Shown piece by piece: positions 38,521 through 50,494 of a stretch of DNA of 64,000 nucleotides (the first letter of the stretch is position 1; each line of letters opens with the position of its first letter). The notes under the pieces were generated by a model. That model was not told the origin of the DNA. It worked only from the letters and a program-made list of their open reading frames with translations, and did not search any database. The translations under genes were made by a program, and so were the position numbers. This stretch comes from Mobula hypostoma (Eukaryota), in the NCBI RefSeq assembly GCF_963921235.1, contig NC_086109.1:26228001-26292000 (forward strand). Reading direction: 5' to 3'.

Positions 38521-38749
38521 TGAAGCACCTTCAATTACTCCAAAAGACTGAGGTTTGGTAAAATACTGACAGGCTTTTATTCGCTGTACAATACGATCTC
38601 CACAGTGAGTGTCTGCCCCCGGACTGAGGGGGAGGGGCAAGACGAACACCTTTATACAGGACTCTGTGGGAGGAGCCACAGGGGCAGTCAGCAGAGGGGT
38701 GTGTCCAGACAGGTAACCGAGTTACAACATATATACATGGTTTACCACA
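38521..38749 (-). repeat. 5' LTR
   Basis: tgtggtaaa...ggtgcttca with TATA-like gtataaag and AATAAA. 10 substitutions versus the 3' LTR by manual comparison. Confidence 0.95.
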
Positions 38750-41107
38750 GGGTTTAAGTGAAATTTAAAGTTGATAATGGCTATGGGGAACCAGCACTCT
38801 ATTATTGTTTATTTAGACTGCCCTGGTGCCTAATCTGAGGCAATTCTGCATGTCTTAGCTGGAAAAGAAGTTGTTCATGTTTAAATTTAAAGAACTTACG
38901 AGTAAACTATGTAATTTGTGTCAATATAATTAGAAATTTTTATCTTGCATTTCTCCCTGCTGCATTTGATGTATTTTATGGGGTTAATGTTTACTCATTG
39001 GTCATATGCTATGTTACAGACTCTTTTCCAGGGTTATTTTGGGGTAAGGTTACTTGATGAAGTTGCAATGTGCAATAGAAATGCTGGTTGACCCCTAAGG
39101 AGTTTATTATGTTTCAAACTGCAAGTAAATGCAAAAAAAATGTTGGGGCATATCACTAGGGTGTCATACTCCCCAAATTAACCAATCAGTACAAAAGATC
39201 ATGCAATTTTACGTGCAACTTACTTCCAGCACAAACATTCTGTCACCTCTTGGGCTGTTTTTCAAAACATCACACTTGAAACCTTCAAATTGGATGGCGC
39301 ATCCAAGTCAATATAGTGTCAGTGGTAAGTTTCTGTTGATTGAACCTGTTTGAAACGTGTCGGAATTTAGCCTCATTAATATAAATGGCATATCCGCTCT
39401 TGCTTTACCCCACCCATGTAGCAGGTTGTACTGTCAAGGTATAGTGCATAGTGGTTATGCTGCTGGTCTTATCTAATGATGTGGAGATTTCACTCTGGAT
39501 CAGATCAGTGTTTTTCTCCAGTCCTGCTGAAGGGTCTCGGCATGAAATGTCAACTGTACTTTTTTTTCCACAGATGCTGCCTGGCCTGCTGAGTTCCTCC
39601 GGCATTTTGTGTGTGGTGCTAGGAAATTTACATTCAGCAATTCACAAAATCATAGACATTTACAGCAGAGAAGTAGATTATTTGGTTCTTTATGTCCATG
39701 CAAGGGAAAAATGAAATTTATAATCATTTCTATCCCCCTGCTCTTGGTGTATAGCCTTGCAAACAATGGCAAACAATTGATGCAAATATGTTTAAGTAGT
39801 ATCTTCATCTTATCCCGACCGGAACTCAGTACTCTCAATGAATACTCTCCATGCACATGGTAAAGTGACCGTCTTTTCTCAGGCAGTACTCTCATTGCTG
39901 TGTTTTCTATAACCCCCCTTATGTTTGGACCTTTCTCCTTCTGGGTTTCAGTTAATATTTACAAACATGGATATCAAGATCCAGTTGACTAAAGAATACA
40001 TATTAGCAATAGCAGTCAAGACTTCTGTACAACGTCTGGTGTTTTGCAGGGAGAAAGAATTGACCTCAAAGGTATCTTCACCATCCATATTGGCAGAGAA
40101 TTTTAGACTCCCAAAGGTTTTTCTTCTAAATCCTGTCTGATCTTGATCTTGGATACCATCTATTGGTGTCTGCACATTCTCACTTTGGCCATGTGTGTTT
40201 CCCTCAGATGCTCTGGTTTCCTCCCACATTCCAAAATTGTACAGATAGGTTAGTTAGCTACTATAAACTGTCCTATCATTCGTGGGTGGCTCGACAATTG
40301 AGGGCAGTTGATGAGCATGTAAGAAAGAATAGGCTGCAGGAAAATAAGTTGTGGACTGGAATTTATGGGATTGCTCAATGTGCTGGTATAGACTCAATGG
40401 GCAAAATGGTTTACTATGTCATGAAGAAATATTGAAATATAACATAATCCTACCAATTACTGTAAAGATATTTCTCCTGGTTATTGTACTCTGTACAAAG
40501 AAAACAATTTTATTCCTGCTTATCCTTCCATGGCCTTTCATTATGTAATGCACCTCAGTCAAATCTCCTCTCAGTGTCCTTTATTTTAAAAATGACAATC
40601 CCAATCTAAACACTCTGTAGATCTATAATTCTCCATTTAGTTAGAATAAAATGCTTGTTTCGGAAATTCTGATTGAGAAAGTGTCAACAGGTTGTTTTTA
40701 ATAAATCGTGGACTTAATGGTTCATTAATTTATTTTAACATGGAGAATCTGCCATCTTAATCTGGTCTGCTGAAGTGTGATTCCAGCAAGTGATGGACCC
40801 TCAAATTCTCTGTGAAATAGCTTTCGTTGTGTGAAACTGCTTCTCAAAATTGCAGAATAGACTTAATGAATTACCTGACATCAATCTTGGCACCAGACTT
40901 GGGTTGTAGGTCTTGTACCAAAATCTCAGATCACCCAAGCGACAGTCTGGTAGAATCAAAGCTTTCAACCAGGGTGCTCCATCACCATCTCTGGGTATAT
41001 CTATGCCACAGTTAGGACTGGAGGCAACATTACAGTGATGTATGATTATAAGGAATGATTCTGAGAGTCCTGAAATTTGCCTCTAGAGCTCATGTCCCAT
41101 GGCATCA

Positions 41108-41925
41108 GAACATAGAACGTAGACCATTACAGCTCAGTAGAGGCCCATCAACCTACAATTTTGTGCCTGCCTTTTAACCTATTCTAAAATCATTCTAACC
41201 CTTCCCTCCTACATATCCTCCATTTTTTTCTGTCACCTAAGTGCCTATCTAAAAGTTCTTTAAATATCCATAATGTATCTGCCTCTACCACCGCTCATGG
41301 CTACATGTTCCATGCACCCACCACTGTCTGTGTTTAAAAATTACCTCTGACGGGCCGGCTGGAGGCGCAATGACGTCAGCGCCGGACTCCGGAACAAAAG
41401 TTCCCGGGTTCGAGCCCAGTCGGCGCTGCTCCCGAGTACACTTTCCATCCGTGCCAGGTTGAGTGTCAAGATCGCAACTCGACCTGGTAAAATAAAGGGA
41501 AAAATACTGCGAAATGTCTGTGAGGAGTGGCGCACCACACAGTCTCTCTCTCACTCCACGCCTTGTAAAGGCATAAAAAAGATATCGTCCCACCAACATC
41601 ACACACGCACACATGGGCGCACATGCACGCACGCACGCACACACCAAAAAAAATTACCTCGGACGTCCCCTCCAATCACCTTAAAATTACAACCCCTCGT
41701 ATTAACCTTTTTTACCCTGGGAAAAAGTTTCTGGTTACACACTCAAGCTATGCCCTTTATCATCTTGTACACCTCCTTCAAGTCACCTCTCATTCTCCTA
41801 CACTTCAAAGAGACAAGTCCTAGCTCACACAACCTATCCTCATAAGGCCTGCTCTCCAATCCAGATTGCATCCTGGTAAATCTCCTCTGCACCCTCTCTA
41901 AAGCTTCCACGTCCTTCCTGTAATA
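41108..41925 (-). mobile_element. CR1 LINE 3' fragment, interrupted by a SINE
   Basis: ORF 41743..41955 (RKDVEALERVQRRFTRM..RMRGDLKEVYKMIKG). Confidence 0.8.
41353..41648 (+). mobile_element. tRNA(Arg)-like-headed SINE with (CA/CGCA)n tail
   Basis: A-box tggaggcgcaatga, CTCCGGA anticodon-loop-like segment, B-box ggttcgagccc. 17-bp TSD aaaaattacctc(t/g)gacg at 41336-41352 and 41649-41665. Confidence 0.8.
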
Positions 41926-43426
41926 ATATAACATAGGCATGCTGTTGTCTACCACCCAGTGCCTTTTCCAAGCTCACGAACAATTACTTCGGCATGGTGA
42001 ATACCTCTTGGCAGAAATGAGAGGATAGTAAATACACTCTCAGTAGAGGACTTCATCATTTAGTAGTTTGTGTGCCTTAGTGATTATTTTGCCCAAGCAA
42101 TAAATGAAGGTGAAGCACATAGATTATCATGTCCAAAATGAATAGCAATAGAAAATATTTAATAATTTAAATTACTGAACACCCTCTTTATGTATATGCA
42201 ACGTCTAAAGATAGATTTGAGATACTACAGCAGTTGTTCCATGCGATTGAGGGGAATTAGACAAAGTTCAGTACAGGTTCAAAATTAAATATGTAAAATA
42301 ACAGCCTTTGAAGGCACAGTTGTTTGAGCTTTACTTGGCACTCTTCACTGAAATCAACCTTTGTTAAAAAGTAGAATATTTACACCATCTGAAATATCGT
42401 TTAAACAACTTTAATTCGCAGAGCAATTGCAAATCAGTACTGCATGTACAACCTTTATAATTGCTTTAATTGGTCTTCTAGAATTTATGTTGTGTGTGTA
42501 CTCGTTCTTCCACTTGTAAAATACATAGATATATCTGACTGAATTAAGGCAAGTAATAGTTAAAGTCATGCAGATATCCATTTATTTTAACCATGTTATG
42601 AAGTTTTTAATGGATATCGCTGTTTCCCTGCATGTAAGCAAATGTATCAATTAATTTTGTATACAGAGAAATTCAACATAAAATGACCAAGGAGATAAGT
42701 AAAGTGACTAAAAACAAGTAATCAATATTTTGCGATGATTAGGAGTTCTTCAGATATTGGAAAGAAACTTGTAAATCTAATGGGAACTAGCACATGGAAT
42801 TTTCATACTGTTCACAATGTAGCGGACCTCAGTGCTAGCACTGGGATAATTTTGGATTGTCAAAAGCTGGTATTTAAACTTCTCCTTAATATGCTTAATT
42901 CAACTTTTCCTCCATGATAGCTCTTGTAAATCACATACTGATTTCCACAAATGATTAGCAATGTATAATGACTACTATTGCCAAAATTGATCTGATTTTC
43001 AGTGCTAAATGGTGTTTACACTTATCATTTTCAGGACATTGCTCATAGTCCTGCAATAAGTCAACCTGATGAGGTAACAGTGGATCACAAAGATGAAGGA
43101 TGAACATCAGCTTCTTGTGCTCTTGGAAGCCTGGTCCTAATGCGATGTAATTGCCTTATCTTGTAGATCTTTACTAAATTGATAAGTATTTACTTTATGC
43201 TGCATCTGAATTAATTCAGCGAGTGTCTTCACTAATATTTCCTGTATTTTCCAGTGAGGTTACTAATATCATGCCTAACTTTGGCTTTGAGTGGTACTGA
43301 AGGATTGAGTTAAATTGTTACATCTTTAAAGGTTTAACATCCATTAATTTGTTAGCAATATGCTATACCAGAATCCTCTTGTTTTGTATTGTACATTTAA
43401 CATGAAACATTTCTTGTTTTTTGCAG

Positions 43427-43547
43427 TCGGATTACTACTATAAATACACAGAGTGTGATAGCTATGGCTCCAGATGGAGAGTTGCTGTGCCTCATATTCC
43501 AGGAAGCTGCATAGGACTGCCAGACCCAGTCAACGGCACATCATGCT
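43427..43547 (+). CDS. ELAPOR1: ELAPOR1-like coding exon 2
   Basis: Polypyrimidine tract plus ttgcag acceptor. Translates [40 protein letters not shown] (ELAPOR N-terminal motif; VAVPHxPG is closer to ELAPOR1 than ELAPOR2 as I recall them). 121 nt, donor gtaagc, phase 1. Confidence 0.92.
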
Positions 43548-43890
43548 GTAAGCCATTGTCAAATTCAAGTAACTTCGATCATATTTCTTTTTGAAGAAGC
43601 CTCCGCAGATGTTCAGAGTGTAAAGTATCTCTATTCTGCAGCTATGTATTTTACAAGAAAATCCGGCAATGTAACAGAAAACACTTTTTTTTTGCTCGGT
43701 GGATAAAGAAAGCATATTAATCAGAGTCAATAAGTTCAATATTAAATAACATGCAGAAATATTACACCTGCTATGACAGAATTTCTTGGTATTTAGAAGC
43801 TTAAGCATGAATAAACCAAAGCTTTGAAGATATTAAGGACAAATATTGATGAAAAATTACGCCCACACTGGGGATTTTTGGATCACTGGT

Positions 43891-46048
43891 TTGATGACAC
43901 TTAAAGGATTGACGGTGGATATGCAATGGCAAGCATTTAAAGATTGCATGGATGAACTACAACAATTGTTCATCCCAGTTTGGCAAAAGAATAAAGGTAG
44001 TGCACCCATGGCTGACAAGAGAAATTAGGGATAGTATCGATTCCAAAGAAGAAGCATACAAATTAGCCAGAAAAAGTGGCTCACCTGAGGACTGGGAGAA
44101 ATTCAGAGTTCAGCAGAGGAGGACAAAGGGCTTAATTAGGAAGGGGAAAAAAGATTATGAGAGAAAACTGGCAGGGAACATAAAAACTGACTGTAAAAGC
44201 TTTTATAGATATGTAAAAAGGAAAAGTCTGGTAAAGACAAATGTAGGTCCCCTACAGACAGAAACAAGTGAATTGATTATGGGGAGCAAGGACATGGCAG
44301 ACCAATTGAATAACTACTTTGGTTCTGTCTTCACTAAGGAGGACATAAATAATCTTCCGGAAATAGTAGGGGACAGAGGGTCCAGTGAGATGGAGGAACT
44401 GAGCGAAATATATGTTAGTAGGGAAGAGGTGTTAGGTAAATTGAAGAGATTAAAGGCAGATAAATCCCCAGGGCCAGATGGTCTGCATCCCAGAGTGCTT
44501 AAGGAAGTAACCCAAGAAATAGTGGATGCATTAGTGATAATTTTTCAAAACTCGTTAGATTCTGGACTAGTTCCTGAGGATTGGAGGGTGGCTAATGTAA
44601 CCCCACTTTTTAAAAAAGGAGGGATAGAGAAACTGGGGAATTATTGACCGGTTTGCCTAACGTCGGTGGTGGGGAAGCTGCTGGAGTCAGTTATCAAAGA
44701 TGTGATAACAGCACATTTGGAAAGCGGTGAAATCATCGGACAAAGTCAGCATGGATTTGTGAAAGGAAAATCATGTCTGACGAATCTCATATAATTTTTT
44801 GAGGATGTAACTAGTAGAGTGGATAGGGGAGAACCAGTGGATGTGGTATATTTGGATTTTCAAAAGGCTTTTGACAAGGTCCCACACAGGAGATTAGTGT
44901 GCAAACTTAAAGCACATGGTATTGGGGGTAAGGTATTGATGTGGATAGAGAATTGGTTAGCATACAGGAAGCAAAGAGTGGGAATAAACGGGACCTTTTC
45001 AGAGTGGCAGACAGTGACTAGTGGTGTACCGCAAGGCTCAGTGCTGGGACCCCAGTTGTTTACAATATATGTTAATGACTTGGATGAGGGAATTAAATGC
45101 AGCATCTCCAAGTTTGCGGATGACACGAAGCTGGGTGGCAGTGTTAGCTGTGAGAAGGATGCTAAGAGGATGCAGGATGACTTGGATAGGTTGGATGAGT
45201 GGGCAAATTCATGGCAGATGCTATTTAATGTGGATAAATGTGAAGTTATCCACTTTGGTGGCAAAAATAGGAAAACAGATTATTATCTGAATGGTGGCTG
45301 ATTAGGAAAAGGGGAGGTGCAACGAGACCTGGGTGTCATTATACACCAGTCATTGAAAGTGGGCATGCAGGTGCAGCAGGCGGTGAAAAAGGCGAATGGT
45401 ATGCTGGCATTTATAGCGAGAGGATTCGAGTACAGGAGCAGGGAGGTACTACTGCAGTTGTACAAGGCCTTGGTGAGACCACACCTGGAGTATTGTGTGC
45501 AGTTTTGGTCCCCTAATCTGAGAAAAGACATCCTTGCCATAGAGGGAGTACAAAGAAGGTTCACCAGATTGATTCCTGGGATGGCAGAACTTTCATATGA
45601 AGAAAGACTGGATGAACTAGGCTTGTACTCGTTGGAATTTAGAAGATTGAGGGGGGATCTGATTGAAACATAAAATCCTAAAGGGATTGGACAGGCTAGA
45701 TGCAGGAAGATTGTTCCCGATGTTGGGGAAGTCCAGAACGAGGGATCACAGTTTGAGGATAAAGGGGAAGCCTTTTAGGACTGAGATTAGGAAAAACTTC
45801 TTCACACAGAGAGTGGTGAATCTGTGGAATTCTCTGCCACAGGAAACAGTTGAGGCCAGTTTATTGGCTATATTTAAGAGGGAGTTAAATATGGCCCTTG
45901 TGGCTACGGGGATCAGGGGGTATGGAGGGAAGGCTGGTGTAGGGTTCTGAGTTGGATGATCAGCCATGATCATAATAAATGGCGGTGCAGGCTCGAAGGG
46001 CCGAATGGCCTACTCCTGCACCTATTTTCTATGTTTCTATGTTTCTAT
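43891..46048 (+). mobile_element. Relatively young 5'-truncated CR1 LINE (ORF2 with RT)
   Basis: ORFs 43952..44647, 44819..45301 (YLDFQKAFDKV, GVPQGSVLGP, KFADD), 45317..45673 and 45663..45950, separated mostly by single nonsense codons. (ttctatgt)n tail. Confidence 0.95.
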
Positions 46049-46060
46049 ATTATTCTAAAG

Positions 46061-46139
46061 CAGGGGTTTCCAGCCTTTTTTATGCCATGGACCAATACCA
46101 TTAAGCAAGGGTCCATGAGTCCCAGGTTGGGAACCCTTG
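46061..46139. mobile_element. hAT-type MITE, second copy of the 25245 family
   Basis: TIR caggggtttcca / ttgggaacccttg. 8-bp TSD ttctaaag / atccaaag (6/8). Confidence 0.75.
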
Positions 46140-46279
46140 ATCCAAAGGATGGCAGTTTCAATGGCCAAAATGGCTACCATCTACATTGTTATAAAATGTC
46201 ATCCACACTAAATTTAGATAACTTATCATTATGAGCACAAGCTCTTTTTTAATTGGCATGAATACAATGGTAAATTGCT

Positions 46280-47450
46280 GAATTAGTTTATTCTTGCCAT
46301 ACATTGTGAGGTACAGTGAAAAACTTCCTTACAACTCCTATAGATCAATTTGTGACAGCAGCACATTGAGGTGGTACAAGGCAAAACAATAAGAGTGAAA
46401 AATAAAATATGACAGTTCCAGAGAAAATGCAGTACAGGTCTCCAATAAGGTGCAAAGTCATAATGAGGTAGATTATGAGGTTGAGTCCATCTTATTGTAC
46501 TATGGAGCCCTTTAATAATCATAAAACAGTGGGATAGCAGCTTTCCATAAACCAGGTGGTAGGTGCTCTCAGGATTTTGTTTTTTTTTGCCTTTATAGGG
46601 ATTGGACAAGCAGAATGTCCAGAATGGGTGGGATCTTCGATTATGCTGTCGACCTCCCTCTGCAGTTTCTTGCAATCATGGGCAGAGTACTTGCCTCACC
46701 AAACCATAGTGCATCCAGATAGCATATTTTCAATTTTTTCATATCAAGAAGAGTTTATCCATGATAAAATACAAAGGGCGAAACAGTGTAAAACAAAAAT
46801 TGTGCATTCATGGTCATTATATTCAGTAGTGTAAATTCTTTAAAACAAAACAAACATAGCGCCATTGTCCAAAGGAGTTTCCTTTGCTGAGGTCCTTCAC
46901 TGTCACCCAGACAATGTTTTGGATCCCCTGTCCTCCTCCCGAGGTGCTTTTCACTGCGGCCATCCTGATGAAGATGGGTGGTTAATTGCTGGAAAAGGAT
47001 GTTAGATTGGTTTCCCAATCAGCAATAGGATCTACCATGTACATTGGTAAACTGATTAAGAACTGATGAGGCTCAAGGAGGATATGCCAAGTTTTGTTTG
47101 GGCCTCCTGAGGAAGTAGAGGCACTGGTGATGTTTCTTGTCCATGGCCCTCAAAGTGGTTGGACCTGGGCAGGCTGTTGGTGATGTTGACTCATAGGGAG
47201 TTGAAGCTCTTAACCCTCTCAGCCTCAACATCACTGATGTAAATAGGAACATGTACCCTGCACTCACCACCAACCCTGCCCCCCTTCGCCAATACCTTTC
47301 AATGACCAGCTCATTTGTTTTCCTGACATTTGTTGTCATGACACCATGTCTGACTCATTGGTATTTGAACTGCGACCCACTCTGGTGGTGTCATCTGTAA
47401 ACCTGTAGATGAAGTTGGAGCAGAATCTGGCCATGCAGTCATGAGTGTAC
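46280..47450 (-). mobile_element. Rex1/Babar LINE fragments (46280-46730 and 47030-47450)
   Basis: ORF 47073..47339 (NVRKTNELVI..QCLYFLRR) and similarity to the 3' end of 56771-59850. Confidence 0.55.
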
Positions 47451-48936
47451 AGGGGTGAATGGCCTCCAACTGCGTCTTATAGTGTTGATGATTCCAAGGA
47501 CATGTATCAAGATTTAACTTGGTCTGCTGAACACTTTAAAACCAACAATTGACCGTGTTATTTAAATGCATTATCTCCCAAATAGATGTGTATGATTTAA
47601 TTTATTTGACATTCATCTTGTCCTATTAAATACCAACTTTTAGTTTTGAATGTATATTTTTAGAAAAAGACTGAGAGGAATTAACACTTTCTGACAGACT
47701 GCCCTGTCATTTTACCTTCCAAAGACTCAAGTTAACACCTTCAGACGAGGTGTAGAGTTACAAATAGAAAGGAAAAAGTAGTCTACCGAAATTTAAAATC
47801 CTAATATAGCAAGATCATTGGATCGAGCAGGCCCTCACTATATTTGGATAAATAAGTTCATGGAAAAATTAAATAGGTTATGCAAAGAAAACGACATATA
47901 TCCTGTTGTTTATTCTTATACCCATGCAGAATGTCTTGTGCCTTACAATAACTTCCATTAGAAACTAAACAGTTAAATATAATGTAGTCATAGGAAGTAA
48001 TAAATACAAGAGGTTCTCCAGATGATAGAATAAACACTCAGGTCCTGATGAAGGGTCTCAACTGAAAATGTCAACTGTTTATTCCTAGAAGCACAGGAGC
48101 TTCCTGAGCTGCTGAGTTCCACCAGCATTTTGTGTGCGTTGGTCACATGAAATTTTTGCTGAAGTACAATGAAGTAAATATCTTCATGTCTTTTACATTA
48201 TTGATTGCTGTTTTGCCATTCAGCTTAATGACACTTGTCAGTTGAGAGGAGGTGGTATTTACTGTTGGCCTCAAAGAAAGCTGTCCACAAAGATCTCATA
48301 GCCGCTATATTGTGGAGTAGTTGCCATTGAGAGTCAGTTTGAGAGGATCCTCGCAGCCAACACTGTGTAGTTCAAAAGAACAACTCTCACATTCAGAAAT
48401 GAGGAATTAAGCAGTATTGCTTAAACTAATATAAAGACTGGGGCATAGGTGGATAATTAAGGTAGAAAGTGAAATATAATTTACCAAAATTATATCACTT
48501 CTTGAAATCAACATTTGTAGCCAGAGAGTTGTATTACAAACGTTTGTACTATAATTTAAAAAATCACCTGCTTCTCATACAACAAATTTCAGGCTATTTA
48601 CAGAAAGATTAATTCAGGAATACCTGGAGTTCTGGTCAATTGATTGACTTCTGCAGATTACTTTGAAGAAGGAAAGATGCTATAAATAGCAAAGAATACA
48701 GAAGTGATTTATGAGGATGTTGCCAAGATGTAAGGTGCTGGGTTATAGTGAGTGGTTAAGCAGGCCAAGACTATGTTCATTGGATTTCTGGAAAATGAAA
48801 GGTGGTTTTATGTAAAATCATGAGGGGCATAGGTAGGATTGCAGAACCTAGAACTGAGGGGAAACTAACAGGAACCTGAGGGGAAGCTTTTTGCCCAGAG
48901 GTGATCTGTATATTCAACGAGCTACCAGAAAAGGTA

Positions 48937-49592
48937 CAGTACTGTGCAAAAGTCTTTGGCGCGCGTGCGCGCGCACGCGCACACTCACACACACACTCAC
49001 ACACTCACTCACCACTCACCCTCATACACACACTCACACTCATACATATCTATCTATATATATATAGAGAGAGAGATAGAGCTAGGGCGCCTAAGAATTT
49101 TGCTTAGTACTGTTGTAATTTGTGTATTGCACTGTACTGCTCTGACAAAAAAAAACTAATTTCATGATGTATGTGAGTAATGATAACCTGAATTTGATAT
49201 GGGTCTTTATTGTGGACTGAGGGTGGAAAGGGGATCAGGGTGAGAAGAATCATGGCTGGGGGAATGGGAAAGGAGAGGGCAGGGAGTGGGAAGCACCAGA
49301 GAATAATTCTGTAATGTTCTGTAATGATCAATAATGTTTGGAATTGAATTACCTTGCCTGGTGTCTCAGGGCTAGATGTGTCTGTGCACATGCCACCCTC
49401 TGTCCCTGGCATTCCTTCTCTGCCACCTGTCCTACATTCCTCCCATTATGCTCCATCTTCACAATTCCCAACATCCTCTGCTCCCACCAGATTTACAAAC
49501 TTGCTCTCTGCTCCTCATTGACAAATACAGTACTGTGCCAAAGTCTTAGGCACCCTTGCTACGTATGTACCAAAGACTTTTGCACAGTACTG
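48937..49592. mobile_element. Composite Tc1-type MITE unit (mini-MITEs 48937-49112 and 49528-49592 bracketing cargo) inserted in a CR1 fragment
   Basis: TIR cagtactgtgcaaaagtct occurs four times. Outer ends are flanked by TA. CR1 sequence resumes across the junction. Confidence 0.75.
48959..49078. repeat. Compound microsatellite (GC)n(CA/CACT)n(TA)n(GA)n inside a MITE
   Basis: Seen directly. Confidence 0.9.
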
Positions 49593-50297
49593 TAGTTGAG
49601 ACAAGTACATTAATTATGTATAAAAGACACCTGGATAAGCACATGGAAGGGACAGGTTTAAATGAATATGGGCCAAGCATGGGCTAATAGGGCTAACTTA
49701 GATGGTAGACAAGGAATCTTAGTCGGTGTGGAGCAGTTGGCCAAAGAGCCTATTTCTGTTCAGTATGACTCCATAACAGAGGGAGCTTGGAGAGTTGGAG
49801 TTGAAACATGTCGAGGTGGTAAAGCAGCCATTTGGCATGCTGGCCTTCATTAGTTAGGACACTGAGTATAAATGAAAGACATTGTGCCTAGTCAGTGGTG
49901 AGCCTGCACTTGGAGTACCATGTTCAGTTTTGGGAAATAAATCATTAAGCTGGAAAGTATGCAAAGAAAATTGGCAAGAATGGGACTTTAGAGCCTGAGT
50001 TGGAGAGGGAGGTTGGGCATTCTAAGACTTTATCCAGTGGAGTGTAGGAGAGTGAGGAGTGATCTTATAGAAGGTGTATAAAATCAAAAGGGATATACTG
50101 TAGATATGGTAAATGCACTCCATCGTTTTCGCAAAGGAACGGTATTCAAAAGCTTAAGGACAGAGGCAAAAGATTTAGAAGGATCTGATGGGCAAGATGT
50201 TTATACAGGGGATGTTGAGTATGTGGAAAAAGTTAATAAAGGAGGTGGTCAAAGTGGATACAATGACAACATTTAAAAGCCATGTGGATAGGTAGAT

Positions 50298-50478
50298 AAC
50301 AGGAATTCTGCAGATGCTGGAAATTCAAGCAACATACATCAAAGTTGCTGGTGAACGCAGCAGGCCAAGCAGCATCTATAGGAAGTCCTGACGAAGGGTC
50401 TTGGCCTGAAACGTCGACTGCACCTCTTCCTATAGATGCTGCTTGGCCTGCTGCGTTCACCAGCAACTTTGATGTATG
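50298..50478. mobile_element. Short hairpin PLE insertion with hammerhead (50384-50419, +), inserted in a CR1 fragment (about 49800-50297)
   Basis: Inverted arms. Direct repeat atgtggataggtagat at 50282-50297 and 50476-50491. Motif AGTC CTGACGA AGGGTCTTGGCCT GAAA CG TC GACT. Confidence 0.88.
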
Positions 50479-50494
50479 TGGATAGGTAGATGGT

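Larger units (their letters stand above)
34333..38749 (-). mobile_element. Full-length Ty3/Gypsy LTR retrotransposon (4417 bp), frameshifted
   Basis: Two 229-bp TG...CA LTRs, 5-bp TSD gggtt (34328-34332, 38750-38754), polypurine tract, and gag-PR-RT-RH-IN order. Confidence 0.96.

Noticed and set aside
41353..41427. Possible tRNA-Arg(CCG) gene
   Set aside because: Cloverleaf pairing is poor, there is no oligo-T terminator, and it continues into a body and tail bounded by a TSD. It is a SINE head.
43952..45950. Active CR1 or a domesticated RT gene
   Set aside because: 5'-truncated (no endonuclease domain) and interrupted by several stop codons.
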